A stretch of 64,000 nt of DNA from Pelagomonas calceolata (GCA_918797485.1 CAKKNE010000003.1:3472001-3536000); one strand, 5' to 3'. Positions 40,642-50,971 are shown, counted from the stretch's first letter. The notes: a model not told the origin generated them from the letters alone. Program-made: numbers and translations.

Positions 40642-40956
40642 TCACGGGCCCTGCTGCTGCGAGCGGCGCTTGCGCTGGCGCATGAACTTCATCTTGCGGC
40701 GCGCCTCGGCGACCTTGCGCTTCTTCTTCTCGCGGGCGTCCTCGTGGAAGCGCTTGTGTCTCAGGGTCCGGAGGTGGCCCGATTTGTTGACCTCTCTCCG
40801 CAGGCGCATGATGACCGAGTCTACACTTTCGCCGGAGCGCGTGTTGATCTTGATCGACTGCAGGGGCGCGGCGCGCGGCGCGGAAGTGCGCGCCGGCTGG
40901 AAGGCTGAAGCAGTCCCAGCGAGTGCCCCGACGATTAATGCTGCTACGCGGCGCAT
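40642..40956 (-). CDS. rpsU: Plastid ribosomal protein bS21
   Basis: Bipartite presequence with ASAF motif, then GESVDSVIMRLRREVNKSGHLRTLRHKRFHE...KKKRK. Confidence 0.88.
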   Translation of the reverse strand: MRRVAALIVGALAGTASAFQPARTSAPRAAPLQSIKINTRSGESVDSVIMRLRREVNKSGHLRTLRHKRFHEDAREKKKRKVAEARRKMKFMRQRKRRSQQQGP

Positions 40957-41366
40957 CGTCGTCGCGTTTTTCGTATCGCGTTGCTGGCGTCGAGCTGTGC
41001 TCTTTGCTGAGCAAGCGTGTGTGCCACGGGGGTGCTTAGAGGCCCGCTGCGGCACTGCAATTGGCTCCGCCGTCACAGCTCCTCAGCTCCTCAAGCCCTC
41101 CCGGACCTCCTTCATCCGTCCCTCAGAAGCCGTCAGCTCACCGAGCACTCTGTCTCGAACGGGTTGACGCGTGCAGAGGGAGAGTGAGGGAGGGCTTCGT
41201 GGGAGAGGCTCCTCTCTGCCAAGGCCCCGCAAAAACGCCCAGTCCGCGGCCGTCGCGGCCGTACGGATCAGTAGAATTGGTCAGAGGCCATCAAAGATCA
41301 CAAAACGCCAATTGCCAATCGCTCCGTGGCACCACACAGCGCTAAACAAGCTGTGCAGCACTGCAC

Positions 41367-42140
41367 ATGCTAACCACATTGATGCGCCGCACCCACGCAA
41401 CAAGCCTCCTCACCCTCATCACGACACAAACCCGCGCCATGACCACGACCTGCCGCACCGTCGACTGGCGCTGGCTCGAGACGACGCCGTCGACGATGGA
41501 CGCCGCGAAAGACCTTTTGAAGGAGCGCGGCGACACCGACGCGCGGCCCCTCGCCGTCGCGACGGCGCATCAAACGAAAGGAAGAGGGACGAGAGGTAGA
41601 AGCTGGACCGACGACGGACGCGGGAACGTCGCGCTGACCGTGGCATTTCCATCAGAAATACCTCTGGCGCCGATCACGCTACTACCGTTACGCGTGGGCA
41701 CCGTCGTCATCGACGCTTTGAATGACTCACGACTTTCGTTGAAGTGGCCCAACGACGTGTTGTTGGAGGGCGGCAAGGTCGCGGGCATCTTGGTCGAGTC
41801 CGATGGAAACGCGATCTACGTCGGCGTGGGGGTCAACGTGGCCTCCGCGCCGGCCGTGCCGTCGGCGGGACCGGATAGAGGTCGACGGGCCGCGAAAATT
41901 CCTGGAGACGCGTTTGCCATCGCGCAGAGCATCGCGGACGGCCTCGGCGCGTGGAGCCAGGACCGGGACGACGCTACGAGCGTGATAACCGACTGGTCCG
42001 CGCGCGTGGACTGGGCGGCCGACCTGGAGCTGCGCGAGACCGGCGAGCTTGTAAAACCGGTGCGGCTGCTGCCGGACGGGCGGCTAAAAGTGAGGGGGGC
42101 CGGCGGCGAGCGGGCCCTCGTCGCGGACTACCTCCTCTGA
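41367..42140 (+). CDS. birA: Biotin--protein ligase (BirA/BPL catalytic domain)
   Basis: STMD, QTKGRGTRGRSW, LKWPNDV, KVAGILVE and VGVGVNV motifs. Confidence 0.92.
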   Translation: MLTTLMRRTHATSLLTLITTQTRAMTTTCRTVDWRWLETTPSTMDAAKDLLKERGDTDARPLAVATAHQTKGRGTRGRSWTDDGRGNVALTVAFPSEIPLAPITLLPLRVGTVVIDALNDSRLSLKWPNDVLLEGGKVAGILVESDGNAIYVGVGVNVASAPAVPSAGPDRGRRAAKIPGDAFAIAQSIADGLGAWSQDRDDATSVITDWSARVDWAADLELRETGELVKPVRLLPDGRLKVRGAGGERALVADYLL

Positions 42141-42274
42141 GTAAGTGTGTTTGACTACAACGGCTACGCGATTTTACATGCCCCCCGGTCGTCGCGCGAG
42201 CTCGCCCAAGAGCACGGGCCGCCTGCAAAACGGACACGGGGCTCGATCACGGCAGTATGAAGTGCCAGTGCAGT

Positions 42275-43889
42275 CTAGGGTGCGATTTACGCACGGCGTT
42301 CTTTACGTGAGAAACGGCCCAGCGTCATTTACGCCGTAATTTACGCGTAATTTACGCGTGCATTTATTTATAAAACCCGCACACACGCAGCCAGAGCCCC
42401 TAAACAAGGCCTTGGTGGCCACGCAGCTCAATAGCAGCACGAGCACGGCGCATAAGCGCACACCTAGAGTGCACACCTTGCTCGCAACAGCATGCAACTA
42501 GCAATTGGCTCGGCTCTGACAACGTTTGGGGCAGCCACACTCTGCGAGCTGCTGATCGCGAGCTAGAGTCTTAGAGCTTGACGTACTAGCCCACACTGCC
42601 TACTAGCTCCCACGCCGGCACGCGAGGCACAATACTGCCTCATGTGCCGGCGTGGGCGGTGCGGCTGCCTGGGTGCCCCGTAAGGGCTGCGCCGCCGTCC
42701 GTGCCCCAAGGGCTGATGGGGGCAGGCTTTTTTCCCCCGGGCGATGCGACGGCGGTGCCGTGCGGCACTGCCCCATAAGCACGCAACCTCCGTACGTCGC
42801 CGCACGACGTCGTTGCTCAGCGCTTTTGCGATATGACGTTCGCCCAGAACCCACGAACGAGTGACCAACAGGGTTTTGTAGTGCGATGAGGTTTGATTGT
42901 AAACGCGGGCGTCAAACGAGGTGCGCTCGACAAGGTGTAGACGAATAGCGAAATGGGCTCCACGACCAAAACCTGTCAGCACGGTCCTCCGCGGGGTTCG
43001 TGGGAGCTGCGCGGACCGCTTGGTTGCTCGGGAAAACCCTCTATCTGTCACTTTTTCTCCTAAAAATGTTAATTCCTATTATTACTAAACGGGTATTCTT
43101 TGGGACAGACTCCGGCGAGCCATTTGTTACCCTTAGCCTACGAAGGCACAAAACCCCGTCTATGGGCTATCGACACAGACCAGAAGGCTGCCCTGAGGCC
43201 GTGGGAGCGGCCGAAGAGTCGGGGTTTCTGCTCCCGGCGCGGCACCGCGCGCTGCGACGTTTTAAGTGCAAAAACACACTTTTCTATTACCATGGAGCCT
43301 AATTGACGAGTCGAGGCAACCTGGTGGTAAGTGCCGAGGCCGCACTTCATCCGTAGGTACGCCAATTGCTGCCCATTCACCGTCGCGTACGACACCGTGT
43401 CGTCGGCGACGTGCCGCAGACGGTCGGCATGAGGTGTTGGGGCCTCAACGAAGGTTGGCGCCTCGGGGCACATCCATGAGACGGCCTCGGAGCGCGGGCA
43501 TGCGCCGCGGACGGCCCATCTCGCGAAACGGGAGAGTATCGCTTCTGAGAGCGTGTGGTTTCAGGGTGCTCATGCTCGTCAATGCGGCCGCGGACTGCAA
43601 CGCGGCAGCCCGCGCCATGGTCGGGACCACGGACGGGCCCGCACCGCCAATCCGCGCTCCAATCGACCGAATAGAGGCCGAGTATGCCCCCTGAGAGCAC
43701 GCCGGCGTCATGAGAGCAGCTAGTGTGGGCTAGTACGTCAAGCTTAGAGGGCCGCTAGCGCCGGCTTCGGGAAGAGCCCTGGAAGGACTTTTGGATACCT
43801 CCTTTTTTACGCCGTTTTTTACGTGGGATCTCCTGTAGCGGTGCTTTACGTGTAACTTACGCGTTTTTTCCGCGTAAATCGCACCCTAG
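42275..43889. mobile_element. Non-autonomous TIR DNA transposon (8-bp TSD, hAT-like)
   Basis: Perfect 18-bp TIR CTAGGGTGCGATTTACGC / GCGTAAATCGCACCCTAG. Perfect flanking AGTGCAGT at 42267-42274 and 43890-43897. Subterminal TTTACG repeats at both ends. Confidence 0.88.
42575..43744. mobile_element. Nested non-autonomous TIR element
   Basis: Perfect 23-bp TIR AGCTTGACGTACTAGCCCACACT (42575-42597) / AGTGTGGGCTAGTACGTCAAGCT (43722-43744). Direct repeat CTTAGAG at 42570-42576 and 43743-43749 (TSD length 3-7 bp is ambiguous). Confidence 0.85.
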
Positions 43890-44024
43890 AGTGCAGTAGA
43901 TAAAGTGTAGATAAAGTAGTAGATATGGCAGTATGCCAGTAGAGTGTTGTAGTGCAGTCTAGTACTTCTAGGGGCTAGTCGCTGTGCTCGGAGTTGACGA
44001 TAGTTCATACAACAGAAATATTAA

Positions 44025-46193
44025 TCAGAGCCCGTCGTCGGCGAAGTCCGCGCCCGAGTCGTAGGCCGTGTCGCGCACGTCGGGGAAGTCGGCGAGCGTT
44101 TGGGGTGTGGCCCACGCCAGCGAGCCTCCGGTCCTATCCGCCGAGCGGTCGACGTGCAACTGCGCGCAGGCGTCCTGCAGGGCCCGCTCGACGTGCACTC
44201 GAGTCCGCAGCATGGCCAGCTTCTGGTACGTCGCGACGCGGCCTTCGCGGCAATCGCTCCTTAATGAAGCAGATGTCGGGTTCGAGAACAACCGAAAGCC
44301 ATCAGACCATCGTAGGCGAGGCGTGATCGTCACGCACCCTTTGGGCGACTGCGTGAACACTCGACCGCTCCAACCGGGAGTGGCGTCGACGTCGCGCAGA
44401 AACTCGAGCTTCGCGGCCATGTCTTTCCTAAGGAACAACTCCAAGGCAGCCAGAGCGTAGCCGCCGCGCCAGGACGCCTCGCCCACGGAACCCCAGCGAT
44501 TCGGCTCTCCCGCATCTCCATGCGCGTGGTAGAACATCGGCTGCATGTGTGGATTGACTTGCGACGCGACCACAAATCTCGCGTTGAAGGCCTCCCTCAA
44601 AGCTGCTGCCGGGATGTCATGTGCTATACTTCCATCGATATACAACTCGGAACCGGCTTGGGGCCGTAACTCGCCAGTAGACGGGTCCTTCTCCAGCAGA
44701 ATTTGCGGCGGTAGGAGTCGAGGTACCGCGGAAGTAGCGACGATGGCACTGATGATGACGACGTGCGGCGACGTCTTATGCGTGAGTAAAACGGGAGGCG
44801 CCTTCTTGCCCGTCGCACACACGGTAATCGCCAGGGCCCGTCCGCTCCGTTCAAACGCTTCGAGGAACGTCATATTCTGAATAGCAGCATCGTTCGCGAA
44901 CCACCGCGCGATGTCCATCCACCTTTCACTATCATAACAAGCACCGTGCTTGTAGAGTCGTTTCAAGCACTCCCAGGGCGTGCTCTCGAAGCATTTCAAG
45001 TTCGACGAGAGTGCAGAATCGTCATACAAGTCGCGGGCGAGTTCCGAGTCATTTCGACAGCAGCAAAACGACGCCACAATCGAACCAGCCGACGTGCCGC
45101 AGATGGCGTCCGGGAGCAAGCGCGCGTCGTGTAAGGCTCTTACCACTCCAAAATGATAAGTTCCGAGGGCGCCGCCACCGCTCAACGCCAACGCGGTGGC
45201 GCCGTACGCCTCTCTGGCCACGCCGAAGAGACTGCGACAGACCTTCGTGCGCTCGTCGTCGGAGCAGGTCGACGAGAGCCAGTCGACGCTCGCGGCGACC
45301 TGCGATGGAGGCGCGTGGACGCTCGCGACGACGCATCGCCGCGGCCGCGCGCTCTCTGACACGCAGCAACGGCCCCGACGCGGTCCGAATCGGCTCAAAA
45401 TCGCAAAAGAGACCACCCACTTCATGCTGAGATGGAGACGAGTCGCGTCGACGACGTCGACGCATGATTAGGGACGCTGACTACAAACTTCGTCGACGAA
45501 GTCGGTGACCACAATTTTGGGGGCCCCCGCGTAGGACACCGCGAAGAGTTCCGGCGCCATGATGCCGCCGACGTTCGGTCGCGAGCAGAGTCGCAGCGTG
45601 TCTGCTACTCCTCTCCAATCATTTTGTGATCGGGCGGTTCTTAGTCTCGCTCGGAGCCTCCGGACGAACGGCCAGTTGTATCTCGTGCTTCTTAGGTCCG
45701 CCTGCCACAGGGCGACTCCTCGCGACGCATCTAATGCGCGCGCACAGGCCAACCACTGGGCGTAGTCGTCGGCTCTTCTCAATGCACTTCTCAGTCGTCT
45801 GTGGGTCGGTGAAGCCACTGCGAGCTCCAATGCTGCCACTAGTGTCCTCAGTAGAAAGTAGAGGATGAGTTCGACCCCCACGAGAGCGTAGACCAGAACT
45901 AAGAGAGGCCACCTTAAAACCAAATGAGATAAACGATTCAACCTTGGCAGCAACGTAAGTAAAAAGACCCCGAGCCCGTAGCGCGACTGCTCCACGATGG
46001 ACACGAACAGCTTCGTCAGGGCCCAGCCCGCCGCGCAGTTCGTGACGTAAGTGAACGTGGCGACCCAGCGGTTCCGGTGGATGTGCGGCAGGGGGCTCGG
46101 CGAGCGGTCGTCGCAGAAGTCGTCCAAGGAACCGCTCGAGCGGTGGCGCCTTCGCAGCGTCTGGCGCGGCGGGGACGCGTCGCGGCCGGCCAT
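44025..46193 (-). CDS. Patatin-domain triacylglycerol lipase (SDP1/TGL4-like); intron 45300-45488
   Basis: LSGGGALG, GTSAGS, YIDGS and SQVNPH motifs. Exon 1 has the YAQWLACARALD DUF3336-like region. GTTTGT..TCGCAG intron is in phase. Confidence 0.9.
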
Positions 46194-46370
46194 CGCTTCG
46201 CTTTGCTGTGGCGTCGACGGCGTGCTGGGGCTGCTGTGTGTGCTTGGCTGCACGCTTTACTTCGCGAAGCCGTGCTTGGGAGTTGAGCGCTGATGTGGAG
46301 TACCACAAATCGCACGCACACGCGTGGACGGCGCAGTTATAGGCTCGTTTTGCGCCCGGTTTGCCGGCTA

Positions 46371-46394
46371 GCTAGCGACCTGTAACATACTAGC
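46371..46394 (+). promoter_or_regulatory. CTAG-bounded upstream motif copy
   Basis: GCTAGCGACCTGTAACATACTAGC between divergent genes. Confidence 0.6.
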
Positions 46395-46666
46395 AAGCAC
46401 GCGCGAGCCGGCCGACGCCGTTTGTTTCGTAGTAGCTGTACGTGGAGGACCCGCCGAGAGTCCTGCAATGCGGGTTCCTTACACGACCGAAAAACCCGCT
46501 ATTTAGGTGGTCTTCCAAACCACACGATAAAAGCCGCGGGAGACGGCGTCCTCGTTGCACGTGGCGCTTGCCAGTTGCGACAACAACTCATTCGCTGCGC
46601 GGCCACGCCGCTCGGCCCGCAAAAACCACGTCTGCGCCGTAAAAACGCTCCAGTAGCCGCGGAAGG

Positions 46667-47953
46667 ATGCTCGCGGCGCGCCTCCTGCGCGGCGCGCGTG
46701 GAGCACTGCGGAGTGCGACGCCCGTCGCCAAGCGCCGCCTCGCCCTCCCGCCGCACAATGTGGTAAGCGTCCCCGCGCTCTCCCCAACAATGGAGACCGG
46801 GACGATCGCGCGGTGGCACGTCGCGGAAGGCGACGCCTTCGGCGCCGGCGATAGCATAGCGGAGGTCGAGACGGACAAGGCGTCCATGGAGTGGGAGATG
46901 CAGGACGATGGGGTCGTGGCGAAGCATTTGGTGGCGCCGGGCACCGAGGTGGCCGTAGGAACGCCGGCCGTGGTCCTGGTCGAGGATGCGGCGGACGTGG
47001 GCGCCTTCGCGGACTTCGAGGCTCCCGCCGGCGCTGTACCCGCGCCGGCGCCGGCCGCCGCGCCGGAGCCGGCGCCAGCACCGGCCGCCGTGCCGGCCGC
47101 CGCCCCCGTCGTCCCGGTAGCAGCGCCGGCGCCGGCCGCGCCGTCAGGCGGACGCGTCGCCGCGTCGCCGCTCGCCCGCAAGGAGGCGCAGGCCAAGGGC
47201 GTCGACCTGTCGCGCATCGTCGGCACCGGCCCCGGCGGCCGCGTCACCTTCGACGACGTTCACAATGCCCCGGCCCAGGCCGGCGTCGCCCAAGCGCACG
47301 CGTCGGACTACGCCATCTCGCCGGAAGCCGCTTATCTAGCCGCGAAGCTCGCCCACTCGGCCCAGACGGCGCCGCACTACTACCTGACGATGGACATACA
47401 AGTGGGGAAAGCACTAAAGCTGTTGGAGGAGCTCAACGCGGGCGAAGACGCGAAGATCGGCCTCGGCGACCTATTCGTGAAGGCGGCGGCGAATGCGGCG
47501 GTGGCCGTTCCCGACGTGAACGCGTCGTGGCTCGATGGCGTCGTGAGGCAGTACCAGCGCGTGGACGTCAACTTAGTCGTGGGCGTCGGTGAGGGTCTGC
47601 GGGCGCCGGTCCTGATTGGTGTCGAAGATATGTCGCTGAAGGATGTCGCTACTGCCTCTGCGACGGCGATGGAGGATGAATCGCCCTACATGGCTGGTAC
47701 GATGACGGTACAAAACTTAGGCGCGTTCGGTTTGAGCAGCGCGGCGCCCGTCGTGCACACGCCGCAGGCCTGTTGCCTGGCGCTCGGGGCCGTCGTCGAT
47801 GCCGCGGCGCTCGTCGACGGGAAGGTCGTGTCGCAGCCCAAGCTCGCGGCGACGCTCGCGGCGGACCACCGCGTCGTCGACGGCGCGGTCGGCGCCGCGT
47901 GGCTGGCGGCGCTGCGGGCGCTCGTCGAGGCGCCGGCCAAATTGCTCCTTTAG
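46667..47953 (+). CDS. Mitochondrial pyruvate dehydrogenase E2 (dihydrolipoamide acetyltransferase)-family protein
   Basis: PALSPTMETG, ETDKA lipoyl motif, ASPLARK..GTGPGGR binding domain and DHRVVDGA. Confidence 0.92.
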   Translation: MLAARLLRGARGALRSATPVAKRRLALPPHNVVSVPALSPTMETGTIARWHVAEGDAFGAGDSIAEVETDKASMEWEMQDDGVVAKHLVAPGTEVAVGTPAVVLVEDAADVGAFADFEAPAGAVPAPAPAAAPEPAPAPAAVPAAAPVVPVAAPAPAAPSGGRVAASPLARKEAQAKGVDLSRIVGTGPGGRVTFDDVHNAPAQAGVAQAHASDYAISPEAAYLAAKLAHSAQTAPHYYLTMDIQVGKALKLLEELNAGEDAKIGLGDLFVKAAANAAVAVPDVNASWLDGVVRQYQRVDVNLVVGVGEGLRAPVLIGVEDMSLKDVATASATAMEDESPYMAGTMTVQNLGAFGLSSAAPVVHTPQACCLALGAVVDAAALVDGKVVSQPKLAATLAADHRVVDGAVGAAWLAALRALVEAPAKLLL

Positions 47954-48127
47954 AGCGCGTTCCTATCCTATAAGTCATCGTGATCATACTTGAGTCTTAG
48001 GCGAGTTGCTTGGTCGTGCCCTGTCCAGTCGCCGCACGAGCTCGGAGGAAAACTCAAGGAGGAACCGTAGTAGAAGGGAGGTATCTTGGAGCCTCTCGTG
48101 ATGATGGAACTCTCGGATGATGGACGC

Positions 48128-48157
48128 GCTAGCCTGTCTTACAGGTAAGACACTAGC
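48128..48157 (+). promoter_or_regulatory. CTAG-bounded motif copy with internal palindrome
   Basis: GCTAGCCTGTCTTACAGGTAAGACACTAGC upstream of GST. Confidence 0.6.
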
Positions 48158-48361
48158 TCATGGAGCAAGCAGCATTTTGCCCGGTGCAGTGGTGGCGCGC
48201 AAGCCCTGCAAAATTAAGCAGCAACACACCTGAGGTGACGCACATAGATTACGATCGCTGCACCGCGCGACGGTCCCGCAACAAGTAACGATTTGCAGCA
48301 ATAAGACAGCAGGCTCTCCGGCTTGCAAGACGCTCTCACGTGCCACAAACACGACACAGCG

Positions 48362-49063
48362 ATGCACGCCCGCCTCCTCGCGCTCGTCGCAACGGTGCAC
48401 GGCCTCCGGGCCCCGACGCCTTCCATAAAGCGCACGGCACCTTTACAAGCACTGAAGCTGCACGGCAGCCAGGGCTCGCGCTCACCACTGGTCAACTGGT
48501 ACCTCGAAGAACTCGACGTACCCTATGACATGGCGCCGCCCAAGCCGAGCGACCACCCCTTCGGCCAGATCCCCTACCTGACGGATGGGAGTGTCGGTGT
48601 TTTCGAGTCTGGAGCTATACTACTGTACATTGCGGACAAGTTCGACGACAAATGTACGACAGCCGAACAACGAGCAAAGTTCACGAAGTGGGTCCTGTGG
48701 GCGAACTCGTCGCTGGATCCCATTTGTTTTGTGGAGAATGAGAGAGGCCAGGTCATGGGGACTAGATTAGATCAACCAGGTCGAGCTGTCTCGGTGCTGG
48801 ATCAATTACTGTCAGAGAGCGACTATCTGGTGGAGAACGACTTCTCCGTCGCCGACGTCGCCGTTTGTTCGTACCTGAACTACGTCCCTCTCTTCTTCCC
48901 GTCGGTGCGCCTTTCGTCGCCGAATATCGTGTCGTACATGCGGCGCTGCGCCGAGCGGCCGGCCTTCGCCAAGGCCTTCGGGGCGGGCCACGCGCAAGCT
49001 GTGCTCGCCGCGTGCGCCAACGCGGGGGCCGGGGGCGGGGAGAAGCTGTTCGGTCTATTCTAG
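48362..49063 (+). CDS. Glutathione S-transferase, probably plastid-targeted
   Basis: SRSPLVNWYLEEL, HPFGQIP, FESGAILLY and FSVADVA motifs. Confidence 0.92.
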   Translation: MHARLLALVATVHGLRAPTPSIKRTAPLQALKLHGSQGSRSPLVNWYLEELDVPYDMAPPKPSDHPFGQIPYLTDGSVGVFESGAILLYIADKFDDKCTTAEQRAKFTKWVLWANSSLDPICFVENERGQVMGTRLDQPGRAVSVLDQLLSESDYLVENDFSVADVAVCSYLNYVPLFFPSVRLSSPNIVSYMRRCAERPAFAKAFGAGHAQAVLAACANAGAGGGEKLFGLF

Positions 49064-49484
49064 GGGTAAGTAAGTGGTCTTTGTCATACATAAGTCAAAA
49101 TGGCCTGGGAGACTCGGCGGGAGTCCAGGTGGACTCGGACGCGTTGGAGCAGTGGGACGTGGTAACCTTAGGCGCTGCGGGCAGGCGCGTGGAAAGCAAG
49201 TAGCAGCGGGCCGGCGGCGCGTCGGCGGCGTCCCGGGGCTTCCACGGAGGCGGCGCAAGTGTCGGCGCGGAGTCGCGGACGCCGGGACGCGGACGGACTC
49301 AGTAGCTAGAGGAACAGAACAGGCTTAGGCGGTGCGCGTAGGGCGAGGCAGGGCGCGCGGCGAGGGCGTGGCGGCGGAGCGGTCCCCCGGCCTTCGGTCG
49401 GGGCGCGGCTGCGCGCGCGGACGAGACAGCCCAGAAAAACGCTGCCCGCGCATCAGAGAGCGGCCGACTGTCCTTCGGAGAGTA

Positions 49485-49508
49485 GGGTGGTTTTTAGAAA
49501 AACCGGGT
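49485..49508 (-). promoter_or_regulatory. Histone 3' stem-loop (H2B)
   Basis: Minus strand ACCC GGTTTT TCTA AAAACC ACCC: 6-bp stem, 4-nt loop. Confidence 0.75.
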
Positions 49509-49576
49509 GTAATGTGGGTGCCGTCGTCACAAGAGCGTATCGCAGCGCGAGCTGCTACTCAGACGGCAGTGAGCGC

Positions 49577-49927
49577 TTACGAGCTCGAGAACTTGGTGAC
49601 GGCCTTGGTGCCCTCGGAGACGGCGTGCTTGGAGAGCTCGCCCGGGAGCATGAGGCGGACGGACGTCTGGATTTCGCGGGACGAGAGCGTCGCCTTCTTG
49701 GAGAAGCGGCACAGCTTGGAGGCCTCGAGGGCGATGCGCTCGAAGATGTCGTTGATGAACGAGTTCATGATCGACATGCCCTTCTTGGAGATGCCCGTGT
49801 CCGGGTGCACCTGCTTGAGCACGCGGTAGATGTACGTCGAGTACGACTCCGTGCGCGACTTCTTCTTCTTGGCGCCGCCGGCCTTCTTGGGGGCTTTCGC
49901 CGACTTCTTGGAGGGGGTCTTGGCCAT
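49577..49927 (-). CDS. H2B: Histone H2B
   Basis: [21 protein letters not shown]...[12 protein letters not shown]...[13 protein letters not shown]. Confidence 0.98.
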   Translation of the reverse strand: MAKTPSKKSAKAPKKAGGAKKKKSRTESYSTYIYRVLKQVHPDTGISKKGMSIMNSFINDIFERIALEASKLCRFSKKATLSSREIQTSVRLMLPGELSKHAVSEGTKAVTKFSSS

Positions 49928-49947
49928 TTTGTTGTTGGTGTTGTTTC

Positions 49948-50159
49948 TTTTCCGATGTGTTGGAGTGGAGGGCAGCCCGCTGGAGCGCGCACATTTCCGG
50001 GGCGTGGGCGAGCCGATAATTTTTGGCGACGAATGAAATTGTGACCCTAGTGGACCCTAGTCGCAAAATGATTCGTCGCCAAAAATTAGCGGCGCGCTGA
50101 CGCCCCGGAAATGTGTGCGCTCCAGCGGGCTGCCTCTCCACTCCAACACATCGGAAAAA
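49948..50159. promoter_or_regulatory. Palindromic bidirectional H2B/H2A promoter
   Basis: Arms 49948-50034 and 50071-50159 are near-perfect reverse complements. The spacer contains GACCCTAGT twice. Confidence 0.8.
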
Positions 50160-50176
50160 AAACAAACTCTTACATC

Positions 50177-50566
50177 ATGTCTGGCAAAGGAAAAGGTGGC
50201 CGCGGCAAGGGCAAGGCCAAGTCCTCCGGCTCGTCGTCCTCGGCGTCCAAGGCTGGCCTCCAGTTCCCGGTGGCGCGCCTCAACCGCTACCTCCGCAAGG
50301 GCAAGTACGCCTCGCGCGTCGGCGTCGGTGCCGGTGTCTACATGGGCGCCGTCCTCGAGTACCTCTGCGCCGAGATCCTCGAGCTCGCGGGCAACGCCGC
50401 GCGCGACAACAAGAAGACGCGCATCGTGCCGCGCCACATCCAGCTCGCCGTCCGCAACGACGAGGAGCTCAACAAGCTCCTGGGCTCGGTCACCATCGCC
50501 TCGGGCGGTGTGCTCCCGAACATCCACGCCACGCTTCTCCCGAAGAAGTCGGCCTCCAAGAAGTAA
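50177..50566 (+). CDS. H2A: Histone H2A
   Basis: [31 protein letters not shown] and GGVLPNIH motifs. Confidence 0.98.
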   Translation: MSGKGKGGRGKGKAKSSGSSSSASKAGLQFPVARLNRYLRKGKYASRVGVGAGVYMGAVLEYLCAEILELAGNAARDNKKTRIVPRHIQLAVRNDEELNKLLGSVTIASGGVLPNIHATLLPKKSASKK

Positions 50567-50621
50567 GCAGTTCATACTGCTCGCTGACTCGGCCGCTCCC
50601 ACGAGCGCGCCAACCTCATCT

Positions 50622-50645
50622 ACCCGGTTTTTACAAAAACCACCC
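50622..50645 (+). promoter_or_regulatory. Histone 3' stem-loop (H2A)
   Basis: ACCC GGTTTT TACA AAAACC ACCC. Confidence 0.75.
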
Positions 50646-50971
50646 TACATACCGAAGCAACCTTGATCTTCCGGCGCGCCGACCCGACCTTGGGTATTAT
50701 AATTTTTTTCATTCCCCGCCCGAGCCCGTCCCGCGCGCGCCGAGCCCTCTTCATTCACCGCGATTAGTAGGCTTCCGCGACGCGTCCCCTCGTCCGTACC
50801 CCGCACCCAGCCGAAAAACTCGTTTTGCCGTGCGGCCCCATTGCAGGGCGTGCCTCTATAGCGTCGGCGGCGCGCGTGGCTGGCCCGCCAGGCCCCATCG
50901 ACCGGGCAGCGCTGCCCCGGGCAGCCCTCGCGCGCCTCCAGCCCGGCGCTGCTCCCCAACCACTTTCACTG

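Noticed and set aside
41090..41200. AAGCCCTCCC / GGGAGGGCTT inverted repeat in the bS21-BirA spacer
   Set aside because: Only about 10 bp, no TSD, and in low-complexity purine/pyrimidine context.
42563..43711. Short ORFs inside the nested elements as a possible transposase
   Set aside because: No DDE or other recognisable motifs, all are short, and codon usage looks non-coding.
48000..48125. TGATGA words suggesting a C/D box snoRNA
   Set aside because: No properly placed CTGA D box or terminal stem was seen.
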